DNA of 64,000 bases from the human T2T-CHM13v2.0 reference genome, Homo sapiens, in assembly GCF_009914755.1 (NCBI RefSeq), contig NC_060941.1. One strand, written 5' to 3'. Each line of letters opens with the position of its first letter. Position 1 is the first letter of the stretch. This document shows, piece after piece, positions 57,490 through 64,000 of this stretch. Both the position numbers and the translations under genes were made by a program. The notes beneath the pieces were generated by a model. The model ran no database searches. It was not told the origin of the DNA and worked only from the letters and a program-made list of their open reading frames with translations.

Positions 57490-58309
57490 TAATTTGAGTC
57501 AGAGTCTTACTCTGTTGTCCACACTGGAGTGCAAGGGCGCCATCTCAGTTCACTGCAACCTCCGCTTCTGGGGTTCAAGCGATTCTTCTGCCTCAGCCTC
57601 TCGAGTAGCTGGGATTACAAACGTGCCCAGCTAATTTTTTTGTATTTTAAATAGAGACAGGGTTTCACCATGTTGGCCAGGCTGGTCTCAAGCTCCTGAC
57701 CTCAGGTGATCTGCCCACCTCAGCCTCCAAAAGTGCTGGGAATACAGGCGTGAGCCACTGCTCCTGGCATAATTTTTGTATTTTTCTCGAACTCCTGACC
57801 TCAGGTGATCCTCTCGCCACGGCCTCCCAAATGCTGCGATTATAGGCGTGAGCCACCACGCCTGGCCCCAAAACTTTAACTGGATGTTTACATGTAGATG
57901 TTTTAAATTAAGGAATATAGGTTCATGATTACTATAGAATATGAATTTAAAATGATTAAAAATGTTTAGGAGTGTGGGCGCAGTGGCTCATGCCTGTAAT
58001 CCCAGCACTTTGGGAGGCCGAAGCGGGCGGATCATGATGTCAAGAGATTGAGACCATCCCGGCCAACATGGTGAAACCCTGTCTCTACTAAAAATACAAA
58101 AATTAGCGAGGCGTGGCGTCATGCGCCTGTAGTCCCAGCTACTCGGGAGGCTGAGTCAGGAGAATCGCTTGAACCCCAGAGGCCGAGGTTGCAATAAGCC
58201 GAGATCACGCCCCCAGAGGCCGAGGTTGCAGTAAGCCGAGATCGCGCCACTGCACTCCAGCCTGATGACAGAGCGAGGCTCCATCTCAAGGAAAAAAAGT
58301 GTTTAGGAA

Positions 58310-59335
<1,026 letters not shown>

Positions 59336-60375
59336 ATAGGGAAAAAAGTTCACAAACGTAATAAACAGTATGGTAAGAAAACTTAATAGCTAGAATATTG
59401 ATCTTACTTTCTCAATACTCCTAGCTCTCCCTCTCAACAGTATACTGCAACCCTTGCAGTTTCCCCCAGTTGTACAATAAACACTCATCTCTGGACGTTC
59501 ACATGTACTATTTCCTCTGCCTGGAATATTTGCCCTCTCCTTCAGTTGGCTAATCCCTACTCATCTTTCAAGTCTCAGATTATATCTCACCTCTAAGAAG
59601 AAATCTTTCCCAGGTTAGTTTCCTCTTTCCAATGTGCCCCCATAATATCTAGTATCTATTTTTCCCATCATGTCATCTGTATTTAATTTATATGTGTACT
59701 TAATCACAGATACATTAGTCAACATATTTATCTGTGTCTCCCAGATAAGTTTCTTAATATCTTTAGCCTCTGTTACTAGCCCGATCTAGAAACACTTAAT
59801 AAGGCCAGGCATGGTAGCTCAAGCCTGTAATCCCAACAATTTGGGAGGCTGAGGTAGGAGGATCATTTGAGTCCAGGAGTTGGAGACCAGTTTGGGCAAC
59901 AAAGGGAAACCACGCCTCTAAAAAAGTTTTTTAAACTAGCCAGGCATCATGGTGCAACACCTGTGGTGTCAGCTACTCGTAAGGCTGAGGTGGGAGGATC
60001 ACTTGGGCCCGAGAGGTCAAGGTTGCAGTAAGCTGTGATTGAGCCACTGCACACCAGCCTGGGTGACAGAGTGAGACCCTATCTCAAAAAAAAAAACAAA
60101 AGGAAACACATAATGAAACAAAGTAGGAAGCACTTTTATCTACAATTAGGCAAATTAAGTGGGGAGAGAAAGGATTTGTAAAACTACAGCTCTTACATTT
60201 ACTAACAAAAATGTCTTAAAAAGTTATATTTATTTTGCAGTCACTAAATCACTAGATGAAACCTTAGCAAAAATTGGCTAAGATTATTTCCTTATTGATA
60301 AAATGAGACTACACCAGGCTCGGTGGCTCATGCCTGTAATCCCAGCACTTTTGAGAGGCCAAGGTGGGAGGATCA

Positions 60376-60555
<180 letters not shown>

Positions 60556-60797
60556 CTACACTCCAACCTGGGTGACAGAGTGAGACTCTGTCTCAAAATA
60601 AATAAATAAATAATAAAATGAGAATAAAAATATTGAACTCAAAGAATCAAGGACTGATTCTAACTTTTAAAATGTTATATATTGAGATAAATTAGAAGTA
60701 CGAGCTTATAAAATCTAATTAAGAATAGCTATTTTATTTATCTGGGATATTCTTTCTTTCTTCATTTTTGTTTTTGAGACAGGGTCTTGTTCTGTAA

Positions 60798-61252
<455 letters not shown>

Positions 61253-61472
61253 TCAGAAAATAAAAAAAGAAACAATGTCCTCAAATGAACCCCTTGGCCC
61301 CTCCTCTAGGTTATTAAAAAAACAAAAACAAAAACAAAAACAAAATCAAAATCCTACCCACTATTCTAACAGCCCACTAGAGAACAGTAAGAAATTGTAA
61401 TTAAAAGCCAAAGAGGAAAGCAGCTGCGCTTAAGGCCAGGGCTGGTAACTAAGAAAGAAATTTTATATATAA

Positions 61473-61474
<2 letters not shown>

Positions 61475-61510
<36 letters not shown>
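61475..61510. repeat. (CA)n microsatellite
   Basis: About 18 perfect CA units. Confidence 0.95.
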
Positions 61511-61511
<1 letters not shown>

Positions 61512-61718
61512 TTGGAATAAAATGGCTTTATGATGAGGATTTATGTCCTTCATTCTCTACAAATGATGTCCTTGAGTTCATGCCTAACATTTTAGGTATC
61601 TTTCTTCCCTCTGGTATCTGTATTTTCCCAACTATTTTTAAAGGACTTTTGCTTAACAAATAGCTTACTTTCTTCTGAAATTCAATGCGTTTAGAACCCA
61701 TGTTGTAACTGTTCTTGA

Positions 61719-62160
<442 letters not shown>

Positions 62161-62279
62161 TGAACTCCCTCAGGTAATCTGCCCGCTTCGGCCTCCCAAA
62201 GTGCTAGGATTACAGGCATAAGCCACCATGCCCAGCCAAAAAAAGAAAAAAAGTTTTTAATTTTAAAAAATTATAAGCA

Positions 62280-64000
<1,721 letters not shown>

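Overview
Primate, almost certainly human, genomic DNA from the TRIM37-SKA2 locus (17q22). Two minus-strand genes lie in tandem. SKA2 exons 2-4 and its ~2.3-kb 3'UTR are at about 24,040-45,464; exon 1 lies beyond the right edge, and intron 1 hosts MIR454 at 51,855-51,969. TRIM37 coding exons 1-4 (RING region) are at 20,557-2,384, driven by a CpG-island promoter at about 20.3-21.35 kb; the gene continues off the left edge. I derived all exons by hand from GT-AG boundaries and translation; only SKA2 exon 3 shows up (partly) in the ORF track. The rest is very repeat-rich: about 90 Alu elements or fragments, old L1/HAL1/L2/MIR/CR1 remnants, Tigger and hAT DNA transposons, MaLR LTR fragments, a 3'-truncated U2 snRNA retrocopy and microsatellites. 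Nearly all listed ORFs are Alu or low-complexity artefacts. I see no evidence of a wholly new gene system. The best leads are: a phase-compatible, in-frame SKA2 exon 3 to TRIM37 exon 2 read-through fusion; strong-Kozak uORFs and an E2F/CHR-like element at TRIM37; a locally templated inverted duplication inside nested Alus; an 82-bp AT palindrome near TRIM37 exon 3; and a transposon-derived hairpin next to MIR454. Repeat family names and repeat boundaries are from recognition by eye and are approximate.
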